This document shows, one piece after another, positions 27,129-37,151 of a DNA stretch of 59,482 bases (the first letter of the stretch is position 1; each line of letters begins with the position of its first letter). A program made the translations under genes and the position numbers. The DNA comes from a virus (Duplodnaviria; Caudoviricetes), in IMG/VR virus record IMGVR_UViG_3300037851_000299, positions 1-59,482 of that record. One strand, given 5' to 3'. The notes beneath the pieces are model-generated. The model ran no database searches and was not told the DNA's origin. It saw only the letters and a program-made list of their open reading frames with translations.

Positions 27129-27490
27129 TGGGCGAGCACAAGCGCGGATCGACGATCAAGCGACCCCGAGCCATCAAGGGGCTGCAAGCGTGTCCAGCCT
27201 GCGGGCAAGGCTGCTGGGTGCTGATGACACGCCGCGACGGGCCGATGCTGGTCCAGGGGATGTGCGAGGCGTACACTCCGCGCCTGCTGGTCCGCGGCCT
27301 GCGCAGCCAGCCGACGCTCAACGACGTGATGGAGTTGGCTGAGTGGGACCGCGGCATCGTGTTGGTCCCGCACCAGCTGGTGTGTCTGGCGCGGGCGACG
27401 ACCGAAGGGCCGCCGCCGCTCCTGCGGTGGCAGACGATCGCGCCTCCGGTGGCGGGAGAGGAAATCGACCATGGCCGTGCGGCTGAATGA
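27125..27490 (+). CDS. Hypothetical Zn-binding protein
   Basis: ATGA overlap; CPACG...PHQLVC. Confidence 0.55.
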   Translation: MMGEHKRGSTIKRPRAIKGLQACPACGQGCWVLMTRRDGPMLVQGMCEAYTPRLLVRGLRSQPTLNDVMELAEWDRGIVLVPHQLVCLARATTEGPPPLLRWQTIAPPVAGEEIDHGRAAE

Positions 27491-29144
27491 CAGCGGGCGC
27501 TCCCACGCAGCCGAGCTGATTGCAGCCGGCGAGATCGACAAGGCATCCCCGTGGTCGCTGACCGCCGAAGAGGAGAACGAGTGGCTCGGCAGCGACCCGG
27601 ATGCGCCGGACTGGAAGACGTACGCGTCGTGGCACCTGGGCATCAAGACCGGCATCGAACGGGCGACGAAGGGCGCCTACGTCTACCCGTTCGGCAAGGG
27701 CGGGAAGGTCTACCGCTCGGCCCTGATCGCGATTCGGCAGCGCGCCTCTCAGCAGGCGGCCGGGGCCGTGTTCGAGGCGGCCGGGCGGTTGCTGCAGGAC
27801 ATCGACGGCGACGCCGAGGTGAGCGCAGCTGCGTCAGTTGCGTCGATCGGGATGTGCGTCGGGTCCGAGGCAGCCATCGAGGTCGCGCCATGGGAGAGCC
27901 TGCCGGAGAAGGTTCTGCAACTCCTGCCCTACGGCACGGTGCGCGGTCAGGACCAGTACGGGGCGATGCACGCCTACGTCGTCAACGACCGCTCGCTGCG
28001 AGAGATCGTCGAGCGCTGGGCGGCCCGCGAACACCAGATCTCGTTCGACTACAGACACACGACCTACAAGCCCTCGTCTGAGCCCCTCTCCGGCCTTGCC
28101 TCCGGTTGGTTGTGGGACCTCTGGGTGGTTCACCCTTCCGCCCTGGAAACCGGCGAGAACGGCAGTTCTCCGGTCCTCGATGCGCTTGCCGCCATGTGGG
28201 GGTCAGAAGCCCGGCAGGCGGCGGAGGAGTGGGGGGCCGGCGTGTACGGGCTCGTCAAGCTGACGGCCCGCGCTGCCCAGCTCATCGCCGATCGCGAGTT
28301 CGGGTACTTCAGCCCCGTGTTCTCGGTCGATGACGAGACGTCCGAGGTGCTGTCCATCGAGGGCGGCGCCCTATGCAACGATCCGGCTAACGGCGGACTC
28401 ATGCCGCTGGCGGCCTCCGACAACCCCGTGACCGTGACGCTGGCAGCTCGGCCGCAGCCGCCCGACCACCAGCAGGGAGCGGCGACCGAGCCCCCTGCGC
28501 CGACGACAAGGAGTAAGACCATGGGCAAGATCGACGGGGTCGACTCCGAGGCCCTCAGTGGGCTCACGGGGAAGGCCATCACCGATCCGAACCAGCTCGT
28601 GGCGGCGGTTGGCGAGCTGGCTTCGGAGCGTCAGACCGTCACGAGCGAGCGGGATCGCCTCGCGGCTGAGAACGCCGCCCTGCGGACCCGCCTCGCGAAC
28701 GAGGAGGGCGCGCGGCAGGCCCTCCAGATGAGCACCGAGCGTGCTCAGCGCGAGGCCGCCATCCACGCCGCCATCGACTCCGCCATCAACGACGGGCGCA
28801 TCCTGGCCTCCAGCCGTGACAGCGTCCTGGCCGTCATCGACGGCGACCAGACGAAGGCGGACCTGTTTCTCGCGTCGCTCCCGCCCGCCAGGCCGGCCGC
28901 TCCGGTCGCCCCGGCGCCGGGTCGCATCACCCCGCCAGTCGGCAGCCAGGTGCGCAGCGCCTCGGCTGCAGCCGGCCACGGCAGCTCGCGTATCGCGTGG
29001 GCGAGTGACGTCGCCCCCATGGTGCGGCGCGATGAGCAGGACGCGCTCGACGCCGAGCTGGCCTCCGACAACCCTGACTACCGCGGCAGCGAGGGCTTCA
29101 AGCTCGCCTGCCGATCGGCCGCCGTCCGGCTGGGGAGGTCCTGA
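27471..29144 (+). CDS. Prohead protease/scaffold, Mu gpI-like, with N-terminal extra domain
   Basis: LLPYG, FDYRH, ASGW, YFSPVF, ALCNDPA; coiled-coil C-terminus. Confidence 0.88.
   Translation: MAVRLNDSGRSHAAELIAAGEIDKASPWSLTAEEENEWLGSDPDAPDWKTYASWHLGIKTGIERATKGAYVYPFGKGGKVYRSALIAIRQRASQQAAGAVFEAAGRLLQDIDGDAEVSAAASVASIGMCVGSEAAIEVAPWESLPEKVLQLLPYGTVRGQDQYGAMHAYVVNDRSLREIVERWAAREHQISFDYRHTTYKPSSEPLSGLASGWLWDLWVVHPSALETGENGSSPVLDALAAMWGSEARQAAEEWGAGVYGLVKLTARAAQLIADREFGYFSPVFSVDDETSEVLSIEGGALCNDPANGGLMPLAASDNPVTVTLAARPQPPDHQQGAATEPPAPTTRSKTMGKIDGVDSEALSGLTGKAITDPNQLVAAVGELASERQTVTSERDRLAAENAALRTRLANEEGARQALQMSTERAQREAAIHAAIDSAINDGRILASSRDSVLAVIDGDQTKADLFLASLPPARPAAPVAPAPGRITPPVGSQVRSASAAAGHGSSRIAWASDVAPMVRRDEQDALDAELASDNPDYRGSEGFKLACRSAAVRLGRS
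28521..29144 (+). CDS. Nested in-frame scaffold protein (Mu gpZ-like)
   Basis: AAGGAG RBS before internal in-frame ATG (MGKIDG). Confidence 0.65.
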   Translation: MGKIDGVDSEALSGLTGKAITDPNQLVAAVGELASERQTVTSERDRLAAENAALRTRLANEEGARQALQMSTERAQREAAIHAAIDSAINDGRILASSRDSVLAVIDGDQTKADLFLASLPPARPAAPVAPAPGRITPPVGSQVRSASAAAGHGSSRIAWASDVAPMVRRDEQDALDAELASDNPDYRGSEGFKLACRSAAVRLGRS

Positions 29145-29872
29145 TGGCCACCCAGAACGTACTCGGGCGGTGGAATCCTGCCGATGCGGCTGAGGACATC
29201 ACTCGCGGCATGGGCGTCGACTACTCCGGTGCGAAAGCCAGCACCGGCGAACAGATTGCGGGTGTCGCGGAGTTCGACGTGAACTCCGGCTACGGCTGCG
29301 ACCTCGTGTGGGGTCGCGTGTACGTCCTGACCTCGGCGGCTGTCGCCATCGGGGCCGAGATCACCATCGGGGCCACCGCCGGCAAGTTCCGCACCGCCGT
29401 GGCGGGCGAGCGCGTGCTCGGTCGCATGGCAGAGACCGCGGGCGGCGCTGGCACCTACCTGGCCGACATCTACCCGCCCGGCGTGGGCGCGGTCAGCCTC
29501 GGCTTCCCCTCCGGCATGGGCGCTGTCGGGCAGATCCCCGACGGTCAGTCCGCCTATGTCCCGCTGTCGTCCGCGGCGCAGGTCGCGGCCACCATCACCT
29601 CCGTGACCGTCCGGTTCGCCGCCGCGATCGTGGCGGGCGGGACCGGCGTGATCGCCGACCTGTACCGTGTGCGGGCTGGCACCGCGACCAAGATCTACAC
29701 CAAGACGGCGTTCACCGCGGTCGACTACGTCGCATGGGCCGACTGGGCCCTGACGGTCGAGGCGGGGGCGGGCAACAACGCGCTCGTCGCTGGTGACCAG
29801 CTGTTCCTGGTCGTCACGAACAACACCGGAATCGCCATCGACCCGGCGCTCGCCGCCGTGGCGTTCGCGTAG
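29144..29872 (+). CDS. Capsid cement/decoration protein, DUF2190-like, with C-terminal extension
   Basis: AAEDITRG, IAGVA, AAVAIGAEIT..TAGK; between scaffold and capsid. Confidence 0.7.
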   Translation: MATQNVLGRWNPADAAEDITRGMGVDYSGAKASTGEQIAGVAEFDVNSGYGCDLVWGRVYVLTSAAVAIGAEITIGATAGKFRTAVAGERVLGRMAETAGGAGTYLADIYPPGVGAVSLGFPSGMGAVGQIPDGQSAYVPLSSAAQVAATITSVTVRFAAAIVAGGTGVIADLYRVRAGTATKIYTKTAFTAVDYVAWADWALTVEAGAGNNALVAGDQLFLVVTNNTGIAIDPALAAVAFA

Positions 29873-29887
29873 GGGAGGGGGTATACC

Positions 29888-30883
29888 ATGGACAGACTCA
29901 CCGAACTCAGCGGTGGAATCAGCCCCTTCCTGACCTCACCCACCATCGGCTTCGCCGTGCCGGGGACCATCGGCACGGACGTGATGCCGTTCCACGCCAT
30001 CGAGGGCGACCGCGGGACCGTCCTCGATCGGTCTCAAGACATCGAGCCCCGCAAGATCCACGACACGAAGATGGGTATCCGGTCCGAGCCCCGGGACGTA
30101 TCGTGGGGGGCCGCGACCAAGGACGTGCTGCTGGTTCTGCGCGGGCTGAAGTCCGCCTACGGCACGCAGGAAGCGGAGCGCGGCGCCACCATCGGATTGG
30201 ACGTCGCGAGCGAGGCCGTCAACGCAGCCCAGACCGGCGTGCTGGTCGAGCGTGAGAAGACCATCGCCGACAAGGTCCAGGACGCCACCAACTACGCTGC
30301 CACGCACAGCGTGACCGTCCTCGGCGGCAGCGGCTGGAACGAGATGACCGGCACAACCAGCAACATCGACCCCATCACCCACGCCATCTACGGCCTGATG
30401 CCTGGGTACTCGGCCATCCGGGCGAAGATCGGCACTGGCCCCAACCAAATCGTGTTTGGCTGGGAGGCCTGGCAGGCGTTCATCAACAACACCTACGTCA
30501 TCGCCCGCCTCGGCCAGAACATGCTGGTGCGAGAGGTCGACGTAGCAACTGGGCTGGCCATCCTGCAGAAGACGATGCCCAGCATCAAGCAGCTCCTGAT
30601 CGGCGAGTCCACCTACCACAACGGAACCACGTTCGTGGACTGCTGGGGCGACTTCTGTCGCCTCGCATACGTCGATCCCAACCCGCAGCCGCGCCGGCCG
30701 ACCCCGACCTGGGGCTATACCCTGGGCCGCCGGTACGCAGTCCAGGACGGCGTCCCGCTCCTCGGTGTCGCCGGCAGCTGGAAGCAGAACGACTTCGTGT
30801 CCTACGGCTGGTACACCGAGCAGCGCCTGGAGTGGGTGGCCTGGGAAGACGCCGGCTACCTGATCTCCGACATCGTGCAGTAG
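29888..30883 (+). CDS. Major capsid protein (HK97 fold)
   Basis: 331 aa; position; GPNQIVFGWEAW, WGD, TWGYT, DAGYLISD. Confidence 0.85.
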   Translation: MDRLTELSGGISPFLTSPTIGFAVPGTIGTDVMPFHAIEGDRGTVLDRSQDIEPRKIHDTKMGIRSEPRDVSWGAATKDVLLVLRGLKSAYGTQEAERGATIGLDVASEAVNAAQTGVLVEREKTIADKVQDATNYAATHSVTVLGGSGWNEMTGTTSNIDPITHAIYGLMPGYSAIRAKIGTGPNQIVFGWEAWQAFINNTYVIARLGQNMLVREVDVATGLAILQKTMPSIKQLLIGESTYHNGTTFVDCWGDFCRLAYVDPNPQPRRPTPTWGYTLGRRYAVQDGVPLLGVAGSWKQNDFVSYGWYTEQRLEWVAWEDAGYLISDIVQ

Positions 30884-30907
30884 GACGGGGGTGACGAGTG
30901 AACAGCG

Positions 30908-30941
30908 CGCGGGGCGGGGGGCTGCGGCTTCCCGCCCCGCG
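30908..30941 (+). terminator. Hairpin after capsid gene
   Basis: 11-bp stem CGCGGGGCGGG/CCCGCCCCGCG; weak U tract. Confidence 0.45.
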
Positions 30942-30959
30942 TTCGATTGGAGCTGACTC

Positions 30960-31304
30960 ATGTGGCTGATCCACGACCGCACCAAGTACGGGCCGCTTCC
31001 GCCGGGGACGCCGTTCGAGATCACCAACACGGCTGAGATTGAGCGCCTGCTGCGTTACGGCTACCGGATCATCCCGGGGCCGCCGGAGCAGATCGCGGAG
31101 CCGCAGACGCCGCCACTCGGCGAGGAAGCCGAGAAGAGCTCAGCCCAGGCAAGCCTCGGCGACGGCGCCCCCATCGCGCCAGAGCTTCAGCCGGAGTTCC
31201 AGCCGGAGCGCCTGCACAATCCCCGACTCGATGAACTGTCCGGCGGAAGAGCCGGCAAGACCACGGCGCGCTCTCCGCATGGTGGGCGGCGCCACGGAAA
31301 GTGA
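30960..31304 (+). CDS. Hypothetical protein
   Basis: GGAG RBS; typical post-capsid small gene. Confidence 0.6.
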   Translation: MWLIHDRTKYGPLPPGTPFEITNTAEIERLLRYGYRIIPGPPEQIAEPQTPPLGEEAEKSSAQASLGDGAPIAPELQPEFQPERLHNPRLDELSGGRAGKTTARSPHGGRRHGK

Positions 31305-31312
31305 GGACACCC

Positions 31313-32311
31313 ATGCGACGTACCATTGCCATCGCCGCGCTCTTACTCGTGGCGCTCGCCTTCTCGGCGATTGCTGATGCCCAGTACGCGACCGACCAGC
31401 TGGGGCCGCTGGAGCGAATCAAGGCCGGGGTGTACCTCGGCGGGACGTCACTGACGGGCACGAGCTGGGCCTGCGACCTGACGACCTTAGCCTGCGAGTG
31501 CAACAACGGCACTGGCGACGCGATCAACCAGCTGGCCGCCGGGGACTCCGTGGTGATCTACTGCGGGTCCGACTACTACCCGGTGGTTGTGGCTGCCGAG
31601 CCCTCTGACGCCGACGAGTTTGCGATCGGCGCAGGCGCACTCAGGATCCCGGCATCACTGACATGCGCGGCGGCTGCGCCGTACCTCATCAGCGCACCAG
31701 TGGGGGCGACCCCGCGGCAGCTCTACGACTGGACCGGCGTCTCGCTGGGCTACTACGCCGGCACCGGAACGCGAGCCCTCGGGGACGACTACGGAGCCGA
31801 GGCCGCGAGCGGTAACGTCTGCATCGACTACTGCGCCGGGGGTATCTGCCAGACGCAATGCACGCTGACCGCGGTCGCCATCACTATCACTGACCCGACC
31901 GGGGCCGCCGGATACGGAGGCGTGAAGCTCTACGACTTCCCGGCTGGGCGGATCAACCGCCTCGGAATCGTAGCGGACCTCACGGCGACAGCTGGAGCCG
32001 GAGGGCTCGCAGACGCCTGGGACGGAGACATCAGCTTCGGGTCGACGGTCGCGGACGCGACCGCTACCCTGCATGATCCGACGACCAATGACGACTGGGT
32101 GCTGTCCACCGCAACCACGCAGGCCGCCGCTGGTGTTGCGGCAACCGACTGCCAGAACGCGGTCACCGAACAGACGCTGTGCGACGGGCACACCACGGCG
32201 TGCGACGTCTTCCTGAATTACGAGACCGACGACGCCGACACCAGCTCTGGGGACACCTTGGCGGTCTCCGGGACCGTCTGGATCAGCTGGATTAACCTCG
32301 GCGACAACTAG
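31313..32311 (+). CDS. Cys-rich beta protein with N-terminal signal-peptide-like sequence
   Basis: MRRTIAIAALLLVALAFSAIADA-Q; acidic, Gly/Ala/Thr-rich. Confidence 0.75.
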   Translation: MRRTIAIAALLLVALAFSAIADAQYATDQLGPLERIKAGVYLGGTSLTGTSWACDLTTLACECNNGTGDAINQLAAGDSVVIYCGSDYYPVVVAAEPSDADEFAIGAGALRIPASLTCAAAAPYLISAPVGATPRQLYDWTGVSLGYYAGTGTRALGDDYGAEAASGNVCIDYCAGGICQTQCTLTAVAITITDPTGAAGYGGVKLYDFPAGRINRLGIVADLTATAGAGGLADAWDGDISFGSTVADATATLHDPTTNDDWVLSTATTQAAAGVAATDCQNAVTEQTLCDGHTTACDVFLNYETDDADTSSGDTLAVSGTVWISWINLGDN

Positions 32312-32387
32312 TCGTCTGATCATGCAGCTACCACGCCGGCCCTGAACACCATCGGGGCCGGCGTTCTGCTATCCTGAAGGGGGGTTA

Positions 32388-32753
32388 ATGATGGCCAGGC
32401 GGAAACCAGGGGTCTACAACACCTACATTGCCCGCGGCCGGACGTGGAATCCACCCGTCACCCTCATCGTCAGCAGCACTGGCCTGCCCAAAGACCTCAC
32501 GGGGTGCTCTGCCTACGTGAAGGCGGTCGTCGGAACCGACTGGACGGCAACGCCGCTGTTCGAGCTGTCGAGCGCGACCGGCGGCATCACGATCACCCCG
32601 GAGAGCGGCCGTATCGTGCCGAAGCTCAGCGAGACCACGACCCGCGCGATGGCCAGGTGTAAGGGCCACTGGTTACTCGACGTGCGGTTCGCTGACGGCG
32701 AGCCGAAGCCGATTCTTGAGGGCACATTCGAGACCTCGGAGTCCGTGCGATGA
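32388..32753 (+). CDS. Virion structural protein, BppU-N-like Ig fold
   Basis: RGRTW...DLTGCSA...GGITI...ILEG pattern. Confidence 0.6.
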   Translation: MMARRKPGVYNTYIARGRTWNPPVTLIVSSTGLPKDLTGCSAYVKAVVGTDWTATPLFELSSATGGITITPESGRIVPKLSETTTRAMARCKGHWLLDVRFADGEPKPILEGTFETSESVR

Positions 32754-33508
32754 GCGACGAACTCTCCGTGTTCGTTGAGGACGAACCGCTCGAGGTGGTC
32801 ATCACCCCGGACGGGTGCAACGTGATGATCGGGGACGCGCTGGGCATTACCTGGCGCGGGGCCTACGCCGCGGGCGCAACCTACAACGTGCAGGATGCGG
32901 TGCAGTACAGCGGGGACTCCTACATCTCGCTGGTGAACGCGAACACCGGGCACACGCCGGACTCCTCTCCGACCTACTGGAGCCTCATGGTCGAGGGTGG
33001 GAGTGGTGGTGGTGCGGAGCTGTCCGACGCCGACCCGCAGCCCTTGGGCACGCCTTCCGCTGGGACGAGCGACGAGGCCAGCCGCGCCGACCACGTCCAC
33101 GGGATGCCGAGTGCGGCGGATGTGGGGGCGGCGGCAGCTTCCCACGCGCACGTAGCGGCGGACGTGACGGACCTGGGCGGGGCGGCAGTGCTGGACGTGG
33201 GCACGACTGCCGGCACGGTCGCTGCCGGCGACGATGCGAGGCTGTCGGACGCCCGCACGCCAACGGCGCACGCGGCCTCGCACGCCACGCTGGGGGGCGA
33301 CCCTATCGCAGCTGCGGACATCGGGGCGGCTCCAGCGAGCCACGGGCACGTCATCGGCGATCTCAGCTCCGGTGCGGCGACGGTAGGGCAGGTGGCGACG
33401 GCTGACGGGGCCGGCGGGACGGCGTTTCAGGATGCCGCGGGTGGCTCCGCTGATCCGCAGTCCGGGGCGCTGGCGTTCGGCCTGCTGGCCTACGTAGGGG
33501 GGTGGTAG
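32750..33508 (+). CDS. Fibre-like protein with CBM5/12-like module
   Basis: WRGAYAAGATYNVQDAVQYSGDSY, ASRADHVH, GTVAAGDDARLSDARTPTAH. Confidence 0.7.
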   Translation: MSDELSVFVEDEPLEVVITPDGCNVMIGDALGITWRGAYAAGATYNVQDAVQYSGDSYISLVNANTGHTPDSSPTYWSLMVEGGSGGGAELSDADPQPLGTPSAGTSDEASRADHVHGMPSAADVGAAAASHAHVAADVTDLGGAAVLDVGTTAGTVAAGDDARLSDARTPTAHAASHATLGGDPIAAADIGAAPASHGHVIGDLSSGAATVGQVATADGAGGTAFQDAAGGSADPQSGALAFGLLAYVGGW

Positions 33509-33877
33509 ATGGCACAGACGATCTCGCGGATCATCCTCTCCGGGTCCACCAACGGACTCGGGATCAAGGTCACGGGCACGGGCACGGGCTCGACCGTCAC
33601 TGTCCACACGGCGATCGCCGGGGTCACGAGCTACGACCTGGTCACCCTGTGGGCGGTCAACAACGACGGGGACGGGGAGACGCGGACGCTGACGGTCGAG
33701 TTCGGCGGCGTCACCGACCCTGACAACCTCATCGTCCTCCCCGTGCCCTGCAAGGTGGGGCCGGTGCTGGTGTGCACGGATCTGCCGCTGCGGAACACCC
33801 TGGTGGTGAAAGCGTTCGCCGACGAGGCCAACGACGTGCAGGTCTACGGCAGCGTGCTGCGGGTGACGGAGTCGTGA
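33509..33877 (+). CDS. Virion-associated beta protein
   Basis: All-beta composition; abuts fibre gene. Confidence 0.65.
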   Translation: MAQTISRIILSGSTNGLGIKVTGTGTGSTVTVHTAIAGVTSYDLVTLWAVNNDGDGETRTLTVEFGGVTDPDNLIVLPVPCKVGPVLVCTDLPLRNTLVVKAFADEANDVQVYGSVLRVTES

Positions 33878-34746
33878 TGCGTTCGGCACCACCCATCGGG
33901 CGACCACTGTCCGAGTACGTGAGGCGTCCGTACCTGCCAGCGACCACAGAGGTGCGGTCGTCGTACAGCCCCTCTACGGTGCTGCCGATCCAGACGACGG
34001 TGACGACTGGCGGCACCGCGCACGTCATGGGAGCGTGGAGCGAGGTGGTAGCAGCGGCGGCGTACGACATCGCCGCGATCGATGTAAGGGCACCTGGAGC
34101 GTATCTCGTTGGATCGAGCGGACGCGCCCTGCTGGATTTTGGTGTTGGGGGGGCTGGAGCTGAGGTAGCGATTGTGTCGTCCATCGACATCGGTCAAATG
34201 CAAGGCAGCGGAGGCGTGAACACGATTACCGTACCGGTGTTCATTGCACGCGGAACTCGGATCGCGATCCGCGTACAGAGCGTGCTGACGGCGACGGCTT
34301 GTGTAGCCTCTATCCGATTGTGTCCGTATGTCCCCCGCGAGGGCGTCATGGTCCCGAAGTTTTCGGTGACCTACGGCGCGAACCGGGCGGACTCCACTGG
34401 CACGCTGCTGACACCAGGGGCAGCCACCGCGAAGGGCGCGTGGACGCAAGTAGTCCCGGCAACGACGCAGCCATTGGGTGGGCTGGTCCCCGTGGTGGGA
34501 TGTGGTGACTACGGCAACACCGCGAACCGCTACGGGCTGGTGGACGTGGCAGTGGGTGCCGCTGGCGCAGAGGTTGTGATCGCCGAGAACCTGTACTGGT
34601 ATGTTACGTCTTCCGAAGTCTTTTCCTACCAGGGTGCAATGATTCCGATCGATCTTCCAGCCGGGGTGAGACTGTCGGCGCGCGCGTCGGTGCAGATGGC
34701 CACTTACATCCCGAGCATCATCCTGCACGGCGTTCCAAAGCTTTAG
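33877..34746 (+). CDS. Putative receptor-binding protein with tandem duplicated domain
   Basis: Two copies of GAW..VV...D..VG.AGAEV.I...P....G.R...R. Confidence 0.65.
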   Translation: MRSAPPIGRPLSEYVRRPYLPATTEVRSSYSPSTVLPIQTTVTTGGTAHVMGAWSEVVAAAAYDIAAIDVRAPGAYLVGSSGRALLDFGVGGAGAEVAIVSSIDIGQMQGSGGVNTITVPVFIARGTRIAIRVQSVLTATACVASIRLCPYVPREGVMVPKFSVTYGANRADSTGTLLTPGAATAKGAWTQVVPATTQPLGGLVPVVGCGDYGNTANRYGLVDVAVGAAGAEVVIAENLYWYVTSSEVFSYQGAMIPIDLPAGVRLSARASVQMATYIPSIILHGVPKL

Positions 34747-34754
34747 GAGGCCGC

Positions 34755-35279
34755 ATGTCCGCTCTCGTCGTCGTCTACACCACAGCCACCGGGGGGGCGG
34801 TCAGCCTGGGCTCGGTGGAGCCCCCGACGCTGCAACCGGGCCTGTCCGTGGTGACGTTCGCCTCGCCGTCATGGGAGGAGTTCCGCGGCGGCGGCTGGCG
34901 CTGGGACGCGGGGACGCTCGCGCCGGTGGTGGTGCCGCCGGGGCGGGATGTGGCGGGCGAGCTGGTCGCCGCGCTCGCCGCCGACCCGCCGGTACAGGAG
35001 GAGATCCTGGTGCTGCTCGCGGAGACGAGCGGTGGGGTGGTCGCGGCTGCGGCCCCGGACGTGAGCACGCGCCGCCAGCAACTGCATGATGACGTGGCGC
35101 TCCTGAGGACGATGGCGGCGACGGCGCGGGCGGACATCGCCGCTATGCCAGCGACCGGGCGCACGGCGGCGCAGCGGGAGCAGGCGAAGCTCCGGCGTTA
35201 CCTGCTGGCGCTCACGCGGCTGCTGTCGAACGCCGTGCTGCGCCCGATCGCCGAGGACCTCGGCGGGATTCCGGAGTAA
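34755..35279 (+). CDS. Putative fibre assembly chaperone
   Basis: AGGAGG RBS; WRWD motif then helical C-terminus. Confidence 0.5.
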   Translation: MSALVVVYTTATGGAVSLGSVEPPTLQPGLSVVTFASPSWEEFRGGGWRWDAGTLAPVVVPPGRDVAGELVAALAADPPVQEEILVLLAETSGGVVAAAAPDVSTRRQQLHDDVALLRTMAATARADIAAMPATGRTAAQREQAKLRRYLLALTRLLSNAVLRPIAEDLGGIPE

Positions 35280-35283
35280 CACC

Positions 35284-35802
35284 ATGAGCACAGGGCTGAT
35301 TACGATCCTGATCCTCGCTGCGCTCGCGGTGGTGGCGCTGCTCACTTTCCGACGGCGCAAGGCCACCGACACCGACGGGCGCTATCTGATCAAGCGCCCA
35401 GGCATCGCTGGCCTGCACTGCCACCCGTCGATCCCACGGGCGACCGCGGAGGGGATGGCGGACCTCCTCGCCGAGGTCTACCGCGAAACGTGGCCCGTGG
35501 TCCGCGACAACTACGCCGACGCCTGTCGGGAGCGCGGGAGGCCCGTATCGCTGGGATTGCCGCGCTGGCACACGACTCGCCTCGAGCCGGGGCAGATGAG
35601 CGACGGACGCTGGACGGCCTACGGGGTGTCCTCGGGCATCTGGACGCTGTCTGTCGGATGCGCTCCGGCGCTCATGGCTGAGGAGATCCACAGTGTGATG
35701 CGCGCCTACCTGGGTAACGACGTGTACCGGGATCATCGGCTCTACACCGTGGAGGGTGTGACCGTCTCCGGGTGGATCAGGGAGCGGTACGAAGCGATGT
35801 GA
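35284..35802 (+). CDS. Membrane-anchored hypothetical protein
   Basis: N-terminal TM helix then RRRK. Confidence 0.65.
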   Translation: MSTGLITILILAALAVVALLTFRRRKATDTDGRYLIKRPGIAGLHCHPSIPRATAEGMADLLAEVYRETWPVVRDNYADACRERGRPVSLGLPRWHTTRLEPGQMSDGRWTAYGVSSGIWTLSVGCAPALMAEEIHSVMRAYLGNDVYRDHRLYTVEGVTVSGWIRERYEAM

Positions 35803-35803
35803 G

Positions 35804-36277
35804 GTGTCGAGTGGAGGGCAGATGGCAGTACCGAGACAACCGACCGGCCTCGTTGTCTGCGCCGCGCACGAGCAGATCGTCCAGGTGCAAGGAGAGCTGA
35901 TGGCACAGGTAGCGCAGCTCGAGCACATGTTGGAGCGAGGGTTCTCGGCAGCTGGCGAGGCGGTCCAGGACGCGCGCGAGGCCGCGACGTCACAGGTCGC
36001 GCTCGTCGAGGGGCACCTCCAGGGGATCGAGCGGACAAACGGTCAGATCCTCGAACACGTCCTGGCCCTCAAGCGAGAGGGGAGCGGGCCGCAGACATCA
36101 GTGGATGCAAGGCCGCGCCTGCCTCCGCTCTGGCTGCTGGCGATCCTGTTCGCGGGTGCGATCATCGTCGGCATGGCCCTGGGGGCTCTGCTCGGGCCTC
36201 AGCGGTCTGCCAACCTCGTCGAGGATGGCGTGCGCGGGCGCGTGATCCCGCGCTCTACTCCGGTGGTGGTACCATGA
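35804..36277 (+). CDS. Coiled-coil protein with C-terminal TM (holin/antiholin candidate)
   Basis: One TM segment; directly upstream of endolysin. Confidence 0.5.
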   Translation: MSSGGQMAVPRQPTGLVVCAAHEQIVQVQGELMAQVAQLEHMLERGFSAAGEAVQDAREAATSQVALVEGHLQGIERTNGQILEHVLALKREGSGPQTSVDARPRLPPLWLLAILFAGAIIVGMALGALLGPQRSANLVEDGVRGRVIPRSTPVVVP

Positions 36278-36762
36278 CCCCGCTACTCAGCTCCCCGCTC
36301 GAGCCGCTGCGCGTCCGTGGTGGTGGTGGTGGCTCTGGGCTCTTCGGCCCCGTCCGCCGCAATGCGGACGGCAGCGTAAAGTGGCACTACGGGCTGGACC
36401 TCGGCGGCACGCCCGGCGCTCACGTGGTCGCTCCTCTCGCCGGTCTGGTCGTCCGGCACGGGTGGTGCTACCCGAGGGACTCGCACTATCGGCTCATCGA
36501 GCTCTACGCCGGCGGCTGGCACGTAGAGCTGCTCTACCTGCGGCCGATCGCGCCGACGGCTCGACACGTTGAAGTGGGGGAATGGATCGGCGAGCTGCTC
36601 GACGTGTCATCGAAGTACCCCGGCATGGAGATGGATGCGCACCTCCACCTCCAGGTGTGGCGGCGGCTCGACGATCCGGCGACTGAGTGGGCCGACGTCG
36701 CGACAGCCGAGCACAAGGGCCGACGGTGGTATGACCCAGCGCCGCTGCTGGGAATCTCGTGA
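36274..36762 (+). CDS. M23 metallopeptidase, probable endolysin
   Basis: HYGLD (HxxxD), VVAP..G, HLH. Confidence 0.85.
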   Translation: MTPLLSSPLEPLRVRGGGGGSGLFGPVRRNADGSVKWHYGLDLGGTPGAHVVAPLAGLVVRHGWCYPRDSHYRLIELYAGGWHVELLYLRPIAPTARHVEVGEWIGELLDVSSKYPGMEMDAHLHLQVWRRLDDPATEWADVATAEHKGRRWYDPAPLLGIS

Positions 36763-36801
36763 TACACTGATCTCGGACGACGACACACCTCCCCTCCCTT
36801 A

Positions 36802-36830
36802 GCCCCGGGCTCACCACCCGGGGCACTTTT
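36802..36830 (+). terminator. Intrinsic terminator
   Basis: GCCCCGGG/CCCGGGGC hairpin plus ACTTTT. Confidence 0.6.
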
Positions 36831-36834
36831 GCCC

Positions 36835-36863
36835 TTGACGTCATGACACCGAGATACTATCAT
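36835..36863 (+). promoter_or_regulatory. Internal sigma70-type promoter (moron)
   Basis: TTGACG-17 bp-TATCAT followed by GGAGG RBS. Confidence 0.7.
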
Positions 36864-36881
36864 TAGGTGCGGGAGGTGGAC

Positions 36882-37151
36882 ATGCGCGAAGTAGAGGGGA
36901 TGACTGTGGAGGAGATCGAGGAGTGCGCTAAGCGAGCCTGGTGGAAGGTACACGAGATGGCCGCTATCAAGCGGCTCGGGATCGCGGGGACATTGACTGC
37001 TCGGGCGCTCGGGATAGAGCTTGGGCGCTCGACGCAGCGGGCGCGGCGCATCCTCCAGCGCGTCCAGGCAGCCGGCTTCGTCGAGCCGACGACAGACCTC
37101 GAGGAGACCGGGGAGCCGGGTCGCCCGGCACGGCTGTGGCGGCTGCGATGA
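36882..37151 (+). CDS. Winged-HTH regulator
   Basis: LTARALGIELGRSTQRARRIL...GFV...GRPARLWRL. Confidence 0.75.
   Translation: MREVEGMTVEEIEECAKRAWWKVHEMAAIKRLGIAGTLTARALGIELGRSTQRARRILQRVQAAGFVEPTTDLEETGEPGRPARLWRLR

Noticed and set aside
35284-35802. Zincin protease from AEEIH
   Set aside because: The first His of HExxH is absent; support is insufficient.
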